DNA of 27,378 bases, from positions 1 to 27,378 of the forward strand of contig JAWXCN010000192.1 in the NCBI GenBank assembly GCA_034408725.1. Reading direction: 5' to 3'. Origin of the DNA: Candidatus Hydrogenedentota bacterium (GTDB lineage Bacteria > Hydrogenedentota > Hydrogenedentia > Hydrogenedentales > SLHB01). Positions 1 to 8,546 of this stretch are shown here, piece by piece (position 1 is the first letter of the stretch; every line of letters begins with the position of its first letter). The translations under genes and the position numbers were made by a program. The notes under the pieces are model-generated. The model worked only from the letters and a program-made list of their open reading frames with translations. It made no database searches and was not told the DNA's origin.

Positions 1-1
1 G

Positions 2-367
2 CTTCGATCACTGCGCATCGACGGTAAAAATTTTGCGGCATTGAACCTGATGGGCTCGGTCTACCGGGGACTGAACAGGCTGCGCGGTGCGCGGGAAGCC
101 TTCATGCGATCGCTGGAATTGAACGCTGATCAACCCCGCACCCGTCAAGCGCTCGATGAACTGGATACGATGGAACGAGAGAACCCAGGCTCGACGACAT
201 TTCAGGGCGGGGAGCAGGGAGAAATCGGCGCGACGCCGGCTGGCCCGTCGCAGGGTGGACAACCAGAGGCACAAGCCCAGATCGATCCGCCGCAAGCGGC
301 ATCGACGGAGACGACGGATGCCGTTCCGGGCGCGCCTGGAATCGATTCGCCCCCCGCAACTCCATGA
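2..367 (+). CDS. 3' part of a tetratricopeptide-repeat protein with an acidic, Pro/Gly/Ala-rich tail (5'-truncated by window edge)
   Basis: Frame is open from base 2: LRSLRIDGKNFAALNLMGSVYRGLNRLRGAREAFMRSLELNADQP fits the TPR pattern (A..lG..y...g....A...f..aL.l.P). A low-complexity tail follows, ending at TGA 365-367. Confidence 0.7.
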   Translation, partial: LRSLRIDGKNFAALNLMGSVYRGLNRLRGAREAFMRSLELNADQPRTRQALDELDTMERENPGSTTFQGGEQGEIGATPAGPSQGGQPEAQAQIDPPQAASTETTDAVPGAPGIDSPPATP

Positions 368-512
368 GCCGGTAAAGTTATTCATCGCGTCCGCACCGCG
401 GAAATCGCGGTGGCAGAAGTATCTGGGTAGAATGAACACTCATGCCGTTTCGCGGGTTTTATCGTGGTGACATACATAAACCAGCGCTGCGCAAAGAGGG
501 GATAAAGGATTC

Positions 513-2309
513 ATGACGGGGGAGGCATGGTTTACGCTCTTCGTGGTCGCGCTCATATTCGCAGGCCTCGCGAAGGAGTTGGCGCCGGACGTATTGCTAC
601 TGGGCGGCGCGGTAGTATTGGTGCTGGCCAACGTGGTGACACCGAAAGAAGCTCTTGCGGGTTTCTCGAACGAGGGGATGATCACCGTCGCGGCGCTTTT
701 CATCGTCGCGGCTGCGCTTAAAGAGACTGGCGCACTCGAGCACATCGGACGAATTCTTCTCGGCCGCGCAAATACGGAACGAGGCGTGCTGGCGCGCATG
801 AGCCTCGTTGTTACAACGATCTCGGCGTTCATGAACAACACACCGGTAGTGGCAATGCTGCTGCCCGTCTTGATTGGATGGTGCCGCCGGCATCGTGTAT
901 CGCCGTCGCGCGTGCTCATTCCGCTTTCCTACCTCACGATTCTCGGTGGACTTTGCACACTCATCGGCACCAGCACCAACATTGTCGTCAATGGCCTGTT
1001 GGAGAAGGCCCATGAAACGCGTCCCGAACTGATGCCGATGAGTCTCTTTGAACTGGCTTGGGTTGGTATTCCCTGCGCGATAGCGGGTTCGATCTACATC
1101 ATCCTGTTTGGCCATCGCCTTTTGCCCGAACGGAAGGACCTCATTGACCAGGTTGGTGACTCGATGCGCGAGTACATGATTGACATGCGGGTTGAACCAG
1201 GGTGCAGGCTTGTCGGGCAGCGCGTCGAACAGGCTGGTCTGCGCCATTTGCCGGGACTTTTTCTTGTTGAACTCGTCCGCAATGGCGAGGTGATTTCACC
1301 GGTGGGGCCTGATCAACTGATCGAGGCGGGAGACATCGTCGCGTTTACCGGCAGCGTGACAACGATCGTTGATCTGGAACGGATTCCGGGACTCGTTCCG
1401 GTTGCCGACGAAGGCTACGAGGCAGAGGCACGGCGGCGCCGTGAAGGCGCGCTCAGCGAAGCGGTCATTTCCGGGAAATCGCCGCTAGTGGGTAAGAGCA
1501 TCCGTGACTCGAATTTCCGGACAACGTATAACGCCGCCGTCGTTGCTGTGCATCGCGGCGGGGAACGATTGAAAGGGCGCGTGGGCGACATCGTGTTGCG
1601 CAACGGCGACACGCTGCTTTTGCAAACCGGCCCGCACTTTTCACGGGCGCATCGCGATAACCCCGACTTTTTCCTTGTCAGCGACGTTGAGGATTCGCGC
1701 CCGACGCGCCATGAACGATCAACGTTGTCGCTGTTTTTCCTGGGACTGTTAGTAGTCTTGCTGGTGACTGAATATTGGGGCACCGCGATCGCCGCGCTGG
1801 TTGTGGCAGGTCTCATGATTGCCACGCGGTGCATATCTTCTTCCGACGCGCGGCAGAGCGTCGACTGGCAGACCCTCATTACGATAGGCGCGTCATTTGC
1901 CATTGGCGGCGCGATGGAAAAATCAGGATTGGTTTCGGCGATAAGTTCAACGCTTGTGCCGAACCCGGAGGCGATGTCGCCCTGGCTTGTGCTCGCGGTT
2001 TTGTACATCATGACAAACTTAGCCACGGAGTTGATAAGCAACAACGCCGCCGCGGTGCTCATGTTTCCGTTCGCCGTGAGCCTTGCGGATAAAGTTGGTT
2101 CACACCCACGGCCGTTTGTAATTGCGGTGATGATCGCGGCTTCCGCGGCGTTCGCGTTGCCGTTGGGATACCAAACGCATCTGATGGTCTATGGGCCCGG
2201 TGGATACCGGTTCACAGACTTTCTGCGGATCGGTGTTCTGTTAAATATTCTCGTGGGGGTGGTTGCGTTATTGGTAATCCCGATGGTGTGGGCATTCAAA
2301 CCGTCATGA
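513..2309 (+). CDS. SLC13/CitMHS-family anion permease with two central TrkA-C (RCK_C) domains
   Basis: 598 aa with many hydrophobic segments. Motifs SAFMNNTPVV, LGGLCTLIGTSTN, TELISNNAAAVL and PLGYQTHLMVYGPGGY. Soluble middle part has TrkA-C repeats (LVGKSIRDSNFR...VVAVHRGG...GDTLLL). AAGGA SD upstream. Confidence 0.92.
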   Translation: MTGEAWFTLFVVALIFAGLAKELAPDVLLLGGAVVLVLANVVTPKEALAGFSNEGMITVAALFIVAAALKETGALEHIGRILLGRANTERGVLARMSLVVTTISAFMNNTPVVAMLLPVLIGWCRRHRVSPSRVLIPLSYLTILGGLCTLIGTSTNIVVNGLLEKAHETRPELMPMSLFELAWVGIPCAIAGSIYIILFGHRLLPERKDLIDQVGDSMREYMIDMRVEPGCRLVGQRVEQAGLRHLPGLFLVELVRNGEVISPVGPDQLIEAGDIVAFTGSVTTIVDLERIPGLVPVADEGYEAEARRRREGALSEAVISGKSPLVGKSIRDSNFRTTYNAAVVAVHRGGERLKGRVGDIVLRNGDTLLLQTGPHFSRAHRDNPDFFLVSDVEDSRPTRHERSTLSLFFLGLLVVLLVTEYWGTAIAALVVAGLMIATRCISSSDARQSVDWQTLITIGASFAIGGAMEKSGLVSAISSTLVPNPEAMSPWLVLAVLYIMTNLATELISNNAAAVLMFPFAVSLADKVGSHPRPFVIAVMIAASAAFALPLGYQTHLMVYGPGGYRFTDFLRIGVLLNILVGVVALLVIPMVWAFKPS

Positions 2310-2319
2310 GATGCCGGCG

Positions 2320-3015
2320 CTATGCGGGCGCGCAGTCGAAAATTCTGAGAAATTCCTCGATGAACACGTCTTGCACGGTATCGAGCGGTGGAGGGGAACG
2401 CAACAGCGCGCGCATTGTCGTGACTGGTTTATCCGGAATACCGCAAGGCACGATCATTCCGAAGTGGGCCATGTCCGGGTCGACGTTTAGCGCTATGCCG
2501 TGAAACGTGACCCAGTTGTGCAAGCCGATGCCGATTGCGGCAACCTTTGCCCCGCCTACCCACACGCCGGTGTATCCTTCCAGTCGTTCGCCACGCAACT
2601 CGTATCGCGCGAGCACCGCGATGATGACGTCTTCGAGCATGCGCAAATACCACTTGATGGACGGGGTCCATTCGTTCAGGTTGAGAATGGGATAGGCCAC
2701 CAACTGCCCCGGCCCGTGGTAGGTGGCGTCACCGCCGCGATCTGCGTTTACCACTGCGACGCCAGCTTTTTCTAAGAACGCCGGTGAATGAAGCAAGCTG
2801 CTCGCCTGAAAGTTTCGCCCCAGGGTGATAACTGGATCGTGCTCGACGATAATCAGGGCGTTGCCGGCTTCTCCGCGTTCGATTGCGCGGCGCCGTTCCA
2901 TCTGTTGCTCATAAACTATCGCGTATGGTTTTCGAGCGGGAAAGCGAAAAATTTCGATTTGCCTCGGCGTGGCCATAGCGTTTCCGCGTTCGCCGCCCGT
3001 ATTGATTTTGGTCAT
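2320..3015 (-). CDS. lipB: Lipoyl(octanoyl) transferase LipB (start could be ATG at 2976)
   Basis: Motifs EHDPVITLGR, RGGDATYHGPGQLVAYP, TGVWV..KVAAIG, HGIALNV and IVPCG. Confidence 0.95.
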   Translation of the reverse strand: MTKINTGGERGNAMATPRQIEIFRFPARKPYAIVYEQQMERRRAIERGEAGNALIIVEHDPVITLGRNFQASSLLHSPAFLEKAGVAVVNADRGGDATYHGPGQLVAYPILNLNEWTPSIKWYLRMLEDVIIAVLARYELRGERLEGYTGVWVGGAKVAAIGIGLHNWVTFHGIALNVDPDMAHFGMIVPCGIPDKPVTTMRALLRSPPPLDTVQDVFIEEFLRIFDCAPA

Positions 3016-3040
3016 AGCGCTACGCGCAAAAGCGTTAAGG

Positions 3041-3754
3041 TCATGCGCTGTCTTCGACCACTACACGAAATACCGGTGTAACCATGGAAAGGCGATCCAG
3101 TAGCGCGTACACAAACACAATAACGCCGGCCATTTCCAAGAATTCTTCCGCCGTTGTGATCATGCTGTACGTTAAGTTTTTACCGCCAAAAGTATGCGTG
3201 TACCAAGACCCAAACATTTCCATCCCGAGCGCGCCTCCAACATAGACAATCCCGGCGAGAACAAAAAGGGCACGCGCGCGCGTGGTAAGTGACCGGAGAA
3301 ATGGAATTGACGCAGCGGCGAATAAGACAACAATCGGTATTGCCACCACTACCCACGCAAACCAAAATGGACCTTGGAGATCGAATCGATTCCGGAGTGG
3401 GACAATGAGGCGCTCATGAATGCTTACCATTTCGTCAAATGCCAAGTACAAGAAGATTGCGGCAAGGAAGCGCCAGAAATTGGGAAAGGGTTGCCGAAGC
3501 ATCCGCGTCAGGCGCGCGGATTCCGCTAACAGAACGGAACAAAATATAAGCAGCAAACCGGAAAAAAAAGAAGGGACATTGAATTCATCATCAAGGCTGA
3601 AAAGTAAAACAAATCCGTAGACTGATCCGTGGCCAAAAATAAATTTTATAATTTGGCCGGTTACGCTTAGAAAGACCAACGCAACCGTGATTGCAGCCAA
3701 TACGCGGACAATTCGGGGTGCGTCAACGACAAGGACTGTCAAGTATGGTCGCAT
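3041..3754 (-). CDS. Conserved hypothetical multi-pass membrane protein (about 237 aa; start moved to ATG 3754)
   Basis: About seven hydrophobic segments, with motifs LDDEFNVPSFFS, DEMVSIHE, GGALGMEM and EEFLEMAG. The ORF-track extension to 3883 overlaps the DCC gene and a promoter-like region. Confidence 0.75.
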   Translation of the reverse strand: MRPYLTVLVVDAPRIVRVLAAITVALVFLSVTGQIIKFIFGHGSVYGFVLLFSLDDEFNVPSFFSGLLLIFCSVLLAESARLTRMLRQPFPNFWRFLAAIFLYLAFDEMVSIHERLIVPLRNRFDLQGPFWFAWVVVAIPIVVLFAAASIPFLRSLTTRARALFVLAGIVYVGGALGMEMFGSWYTHTFGGKNLTYSMITTAEEFLEMAGVIVFVYALLDRLSMVTPVFRVVVEDSA

Positions 3755-3763
3755 CGTGCCGGA

Positions 3764-3792
3764 AATATAATAAAGTAGGGGCTTTTTTTCAA
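3764..3792 (-). promoter_or_regulatory. Candidate sigma70 promoter TTGAAA-N17-TATATT for the membrane protein gene
   Basis: Minus strand reads TTGAAA (3792-3787), a 17-nt spacer, then TATATT (3769-3764). ATG lies 9 nt downstream. Confidence 0.5.
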
Positions 3793-3816
3793 TGTAACGC
3801 GAACAGTTCGATGAGA

Positions 3817-4233
3817 TCACGCCAAGAATCTGTCTCGCACGTCCGGCGTAGGAATGATGCACGCATCCTGTTTTCCCCACCATTTATACCGGTTCCGGGC
3901 GATAAAGTCGTACCCGTAGTTGCGGATTCTCCGCGGAACGAAGCGGAGCAGCGCGCCGAATTTTGCCGAGCCGCTGAGTCGCGGCGCCATGTGAATCGTT
4001 GCATCCGACTTGATGTACGCTGAATTTCCCTCGATCAGCACAACAGAATCGAGTTCAGGCGATAACCCGTATTTTTTTAGGAGTTCCTGTCCGATGGCAG
4101 ACTGAAGATGCGCAAACCGAAAGTGTTTGGCAGGGTCGTGCCGGATCATATAATTGCAAATTCGATTGCAATAATTGCAAACGCCATCATAAAGGATAAT
4201 AGGGTGTTCCGTCTCGGCTGCGTTATTTGACAC
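3817..4233 (-). CDS. DCC-family thiol-disulfide oxidoreductase (DUF393/YuxK-like)
   Basis: N-terminal YDGVCNYC (D-x-x-C-x-x-C) and C-terminal YDFIARNRYKWWGK..C..P. GTG start preceded by AGGAGG. Confidence 0.92.
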   Translation of the reverse strand: MSNNAAETEHPIILYDGVCNYCNRICNYMIRHDPAKHFRFAHLQSAIGQELLKKYGLSPELDSVVLIEGNSAYIKSDATIHMAPRLSGSAKFGALLRFVPRRIRNYGYDFIARNRYKWWGKQDACIIPTPDVRDRFLA

Positions 4234-4262
4234 GATGTAACCTCCTGCTGCGCACAGTCCCG

Positions 4263-4271
4263 ATTATAGCA
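4263..4271 (-). promoter_or_regulatory. Extended -10 promoter TGCTATAAT upstream of the DCC gene
   Basis: Perfect TGnTATAAT on the minus strand about 30 nt upstream of the GTG start, in the dnaE-DCC intergenic gap. Confidence 0.6.
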
Positions 4272-4306
4272 CCCGCGGCCCGAACGGGAATCCGGCGATA
4301 CAATCC

Positions 4307-7300
4307 TTAATCGTGGCGGGGAAGGCCGTTTCCGCCCGAGAACCATAGCGTGTCCTCTCCGAGGAGCTGCTCAATGTTTTCGAACAGTTCCTGCGTGGGC
4401 GAAACTTTGCACGCGGACGTCGCATGTACGGTAACGTCCTCGTGTTCTGGTGTGACGCAATGGAGGTAGACATCGCACTTGCCGGGGCGTTGGCCCAACA
4501 ATTCCGCGAGCCGTTCAATGAGTGTGGCGTCCAGTCCGACGGTAGTGAGTCGAATATGAACGGCTTTCGTGAGGCGGCTGGCCGCTTCGTCGATAGGGAT
4601 GATGTCCGAAGCGATCAGCCCTGCTTCGTCGTTGCGAAAACTGATTCGGGCGGTAATCATCACTGCCATATCGCTTACTACAAGGCCGCCCTTTTGCTCG
4701 AATAAATCTGGAAACACGGTGATTTCGCATGGCCCTTCGAGAGTTTCCAAAGTAATAAACGCCATTTTTTTATTGCCCCTGGCGGTGAAATGGTGTTTAA
4801 CATTTCCAATGAGACCGCCCACGACCACTTCGGCGCCGTCGCGCAAATCTTTGTACACGGCGATGCTGTGCGAGGAATAGCGTTCCAGGACCTTTGCATA
4901 CCGCGCCAGGGGATGGCTGCTGACATAGAGTCCGAGCGTTTCCTTCTCGAACTGGAGCAGCTCGTTTTCGGGCCACTCGCCGATGTTGGGCTTCGAGTGC
5001 ATTGGCGCGGCGGCGCCGTCGCTTCCCATGAGATCAAGGAGTGAAGTCTGGCCAGATTCGCGTTCACGCTGGCTAACCTGGCCTTCGCTGATCGCGGCGT
5101 CCAGCACCTGTTCAACTTGTTTGCGGTTCCACCCGGTGCTTGCAAACGCGCCGGCCTTGTTCAAACTTTCGATTACGCGCTTGTTGATGAGCTTGCTGTC
5201 GATCCGCGAGCAAAAATCGAAGATATCTTTGTATGGGCCAGCGGCACTGCGTTCCGCGGTAATCGCTTCGACCGGTCCCGCGCCAACATTCTTTACCGCG
5301 CCCATTCCAAAACGGATGCAGTTGTTCTCGACCGTGAAGCCGGCGTAGCTTGCATTCACGTCGGGAGGAAGCACTTCAATGCCGAGCCGGCGGCATTCTT
5401 CGACGTAGACGCCAACCTTGTCGAGGTTGCCGGATTCGCTGGTGAGCAGCGCCGCGTTGAATTCCGCGGGGAAATTCGCTTTGAGGAACGCCGTCTGGTA
5501 CGCAACATAGGCATAGGCCATGCTGTGCGATTTGTTGAAGCCGTATCCCGCGAACTGCTGAATTTTGTCGAACAACGTTCCGGCGATTGATTTGCCGATG
5601 CCGTTGGCAACGGCCCCTTCCACAAACTGATCGCGCTGCTCGGCCATGAGATCGGCTTTTTTCTTTCCCATGGCGCGGCGAAGTATATCGGCCTGTCCGA
5701 GTGAGAAACCGGCGACCGCCTGCACGATCTGCATGATCTGTTCCTGATACAGCGCTACACCGTAGGTTTCGCGCAGTATCGGTTCGAGCAGCGGATGGTC
5801 GTACTTGATGCGCTTCGGGTTGTGTTTGTTCTCGATATACTCGTCCTTGAGCTGCATCGGTCCCGGCCGGTACAGCGCAATCAGCGCGCAAATTTCTTCG
5901 AGACTTTCGAGGCCGATGCGCTTGGCGATATCTCGCATGCCAGAACTTTCCAACTGGAAAATGCCCATCGTTCTGCCGGACCGCAAAACGGCGTAGGCGT
6001 TTGAATCGGTCGGTTCCAGATTGTCTATGTCTATTTCAATGCCGCGGTTTTCCCGGATGAACCGCACCGCGTCGTGTACAACGGTGAGCGTGCGCAGGCC
6101 CAGGAAATCCATTTTCAGCAGGCCGACTTCCTCGACACCCTTCATTTCAAACTGGGTTGCGACTACGTCGCTTCCCGCGGCCTGGAACAAAGGCACGTGG
6201 TCGACCAGTGGCTGATCGCAGATAACGACGCCCGCGGCGTGCGTGCCGCAGTTGCCGATAGTGCCTTCAAGCCGCGTTGCAAGCTGCCAGAGCCGCTTGA
6301 CGTTCGGATCGTCCTTGATGAGTTTCTGAAGTTCCGGCTCTTGCTCTGCTGCATCCTTGAGCGTGATTTTCAGCGCGGGGTCGTCCGGGATGAGCTTTGC
6401 CAGCCGGTCAACGTCACCGTAGGGCATTCCGAGCACGCGTCCTACGTTGCGCACGGCCTGGCGCGCTTTCATACGTCCAAACGTGATGATCTGACTCACG
6501 TTTTCCTGGCCGTACTTTACGCGCGCGTACTCGATGACTTCGACACGCCGGTTATAGCAGAAGTCGAGATCAAAGTCTGGCATCGAGATGCGTTCCGGGT
6601 TCAGGAACCGCTCGAAAAGCAGACCGTAGCGCATTGGATCGATGTTAGTAATTTTCAAAGCATAGGCGACGAGGCTTCCCGCGCCGGAGCCGCGGCCCGG
6701 CCCCACCGGAATGCCTTTGCTTCGCGCAAACGCGATGAGGTCCCACACGACAAGAAAGTAATCAATGAAGCCCATCTGAACGATAACGTCAAGTTCGAAA
6801 TCTGCCCGTTTTGTATAGTCCGCGGCGGGTTTTCCGTCGTATCGCTCGTCGAGACCGAGTTTAACGAGGTCCCGAAGATACTGCTCCTTTGTGAACCCGT
6901 CCGGCGGCAGGTAGTGCGGCACGAGTTGGCCACCCAATTGCAACTCGACATTGCAACGCGCCGCAATTTTCTCCGTATTCGTGATGGCCTGCGGATAGTC
7001 CTTGAACCGCTCGATCATTTCCTCGCTGCTGCGGAAATAGAACTCGGGCGTAGGAAAGCGGAAGCGGTCTTCCTGGTCCAGCGTCGCCTGTGTCTGGATC
7101 GCAAGCAGGGCCTCATGCGATACCGCGTCTTCCTTGTCGGTGTAGTGACAGTCGTTTGTCGCGATGAGCATGAGGCCATGGTGCTCAGCCATTTCCGCGA
7201 GAATCGGGTTGATCTTGATTTGTTCAGGCAGGCCGTGGTCCATCAACTCGATGAGAAAATTGTCGCGGCCATAGATATCGATGTATTTCTTGATCGATTC

Positions 7301-7810
7301 ATTCGCAGAATCGAGATTGTCGTTCATTAGGAACTGCGGAATTTCGCCGGCGAGGCACGCGCTGGTCGCGATGAGGCCGGCTTTGTGTTTCGCAAGCAAT
7401 TCGAGATCGACGCGCGGTTTGTAATGAAAACCTTCCGTGTATCCGTAAGAGCTCAGCTTGCACAGGTTGTGGTAGCCTTCGTCATTCTCACACAGCAACA
7501 GGAAGTGGTTGTTCGACTGGCCCGAGCGCCCGGTTTTTTCCCGGCGGCTGCCTTTGGCGACATACAGTTCCGAGCCAATGATGGGTTTGATGCCGGCCTT
7601 TCGCGCAGACTGGTAGAATTCGAGGGCGCCAAACAATGCGCCGTGGTCGGTCAGCGCGCACGCGCGCATTCCGTATTGCTTGCATCGCTCGATGATTTCG
7701 TGAATCTTGCTTTGTCCATCGAGCACGCTGTACTCGGAGTGTACATGCAGATGCACAAACCCGCTGTGCCCGGTTTCATGCGCGCTTGTGTCCGCCGTCT
7801 TCTTGCTCAC
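4307..7810 (-). CDS. dnaE: DNA polymerase III alpha subunit
   Basis: PHP domain (FVHLHVHSEYSVLDG, ALTDHG), GPGRGSGAGSLVAY, catalytic PDFDLDF, LLKMDFLGL, YGFNKSH, clamp-binding-like QTSLL and an OB fold. GTG start overlaps the cinA stop (GTGA). Confidence 0.98.
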   Translation of the reverse strand: MSKKTADTSAHETGHSGFVHLHVHSEYSVLDGQSKIHEIIERCKQYGMRACALTDHGALFGALEFYQSARKAGIKPIIGSELYVAKGSRREKTGRSGQSNNHFLLLCENDEGYHNLCKLSSYGYTEGFHYKPRVDLELLAKHKAGLIATSACLAGEIPQFLMNDNLDSANESIKKYIDIYGRDNFLIELMDHGLPEQIKINPILAEMAEHHGLMLIATNDCHYTDKEDAVSHEALLAIQTQATLDQEDRFRFPTPEFYFRSSEEMIERFKDYPQAITNTEKIAARCNVELQLGGQLVPHYLPPDGFTKEQYLRDLVKLGLDERYDGKPAADYTKRADFELDVIVQMGFIDYFLVVWDLIAFARSKGIPVGPGRGSGAGSLVAYALKITNIDPMRYGLLFERFLNPERISMPDFDLDFCYNRRVEVIEYARVKYGQENVSQIITFGRMKARQAVRNVGRVLGMPYGDVDRLAKLIPDDPALKITLKDAAEQEPELQKLIKDDPNVKRLWQLATRLEGTIGNCGTHAAGVVICDQPLVDHVPLFQAAGSDVVATQFEMKGVEEVGLLKMDFLGLRTLTVVHDAVRFIRENRGIEIDIDNLEPTDSNAYAVLRSGRTMGIFQLESSGMRDIAKRIGLESLEEICALIALYRPGPMQLKDEYIENKHNPKRIKYDHPLLEPILRETYGVALYQEQIMQIVQAVAGFSLGQADILRRAMGKKKADLMAEQRDQFVEGAVANGIGKSIAGTLFDKIQQFAGYGFNKSHSMAYAYVAYQTAFLKANFPAEFNAALLTSESGNLDKVGVYVEECRRLGIEVLPPDVNASYAGFTVENNCIRFGMGAVKNVGAGPVEAITAERSAAGPYKDIFDFCSRIDSKLINKRVIESLNKAGAFASTGWNRKQVEQVLDAAISEGQVSQRERESGQTSLLDLMGSDGAAAPMHSKPNIGEWPENELLQFEKETLGLYVSSHPLARYAKVLERYSSHSIAVYKDLRDGAEVVVGGLIGNVKHHFTARGNKKMAFITLETLEGPCEITVFPDLFEQKGGLVVSDMAVMITARISFRNDEAGLIASDIIPIDEAASRLTKAVHIRLTTVGLDATLIERLAELLGQRPGKCDVYLHCVTPEHEDVTVHATSACKVSPTQELFENIEQLLGEDTLWFSGGNGLPRHD

Positions 7811-8283
7811 TCCAACTGCTCCAACAATAGTGTTAACGCCTGGATGGCGGTATCTTCCTTTACCTGCTCACGCGATCCCGCGAACCGGCATTCCGCGACG
7901 ACCGTAGCGCGCGGTCCGGCCACGGAAATAAAGACCATGCCCACGGGTTTCTCCGCGCTGCCGCCATCGGGGCCGGCAATTCCGGTAACGCCAATCGCAT
8001 AGTTTGTAGCGAAGACGCGTTTCGCGCCTTCCGCCATGGCGCGCGCGACCGGTTCGCTCACCGCGCCGTGTTTATCAAGAATATCTTGCGGCACGCCCAG
8101 GATTGCTTTTTTCACGCCGTTACCATAGGCAACAACGCCCCCGATAAAGTATTTCGATGAGCCTGAGACATTCGTTATGCGGTGCGCGACAAGGCCCCCG
8201 CTGCACGATTCCGCCGTGGATAGTGTACTTGCCGACGCGACAAGCTTTGCCGCTATTGCCTTGTCCAGTTCGCCGCATTGCAT
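7807..8283 (-). CDS. cinA: CinA C-terminal-domain protein (PncC, nicotinamide mononucleotide deamidase)
   Basis: Motifs TAESCSGG, GSSKYF.GGVVAY.N..K, HGAVSEPVARAMAEG and TGIAGPDGG...KPVG. Confidence 0.92.
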   Translation of the reverse strand: MQCGELDKAIAAKLVASASTLSTAESCSGGLVAHRITNVSGSSKYFIGGVVAYGNGVKKAILGVPQDILDKHGAVSEPVARAMAEGAKRVFATNYAIGVTGIAGPDGGSAEKPVGMVFISVAGPRATVVAECRFAGSREQVKEDTAIQALTLLLEQLE

Positions 8284-8546
8284 GGTTGGTGTCCGCGCCG
8301 CGCCCCCACCCGATTCGCGTTACGTGTACGGTAGCATGCGCGGCGCAAGACGGCAAGAATCGGCGTAACCATTTCCCAGCGTGTTCATAGTAAAATCTCT
8401 AAGAGCGCTCATGTGGCTCATGGACATCGTCGAATGGCAGGCGCGCGAGGACGCGCGCCCTCCCACGGGAAGCGCGAGGGGAAGTGCGTCCGGCCGTCCG
8501 GATGATGGCGTGGAGCCTCGTGGAGATTGGCAGTAAGGAGTAGTAC

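Noticed and set aside
3755-3883. N-terminal extension of the membrane protein ORF
   Set aside because: It overlaps the DCC gene 3' end and a promoter-like sequence.
6074-7330. 418-aa plus-strand ORF and similar long antisense ORFs (for example 15361-16416, 22895-23641, 23822-24601)
   Set aside because: These are antisense shadows of well-supported genes in GC-rich, codon-biased DNA, with no recognisable motifs.
4307-7810. Intein or split in dnaE
   Set aside because: Length (1167 aa) and motif order are those of an uninterrupted DnaE, and no intein-like insertion is visible.
8440-8480. GC-rich dyad GCGCGCGAGGACGCGCGC as a riboswitch or ncRNA
   Set aside because: It is a single short hairpin, possibly a lone REP-like element, with no recognisable riboswitch consensus.
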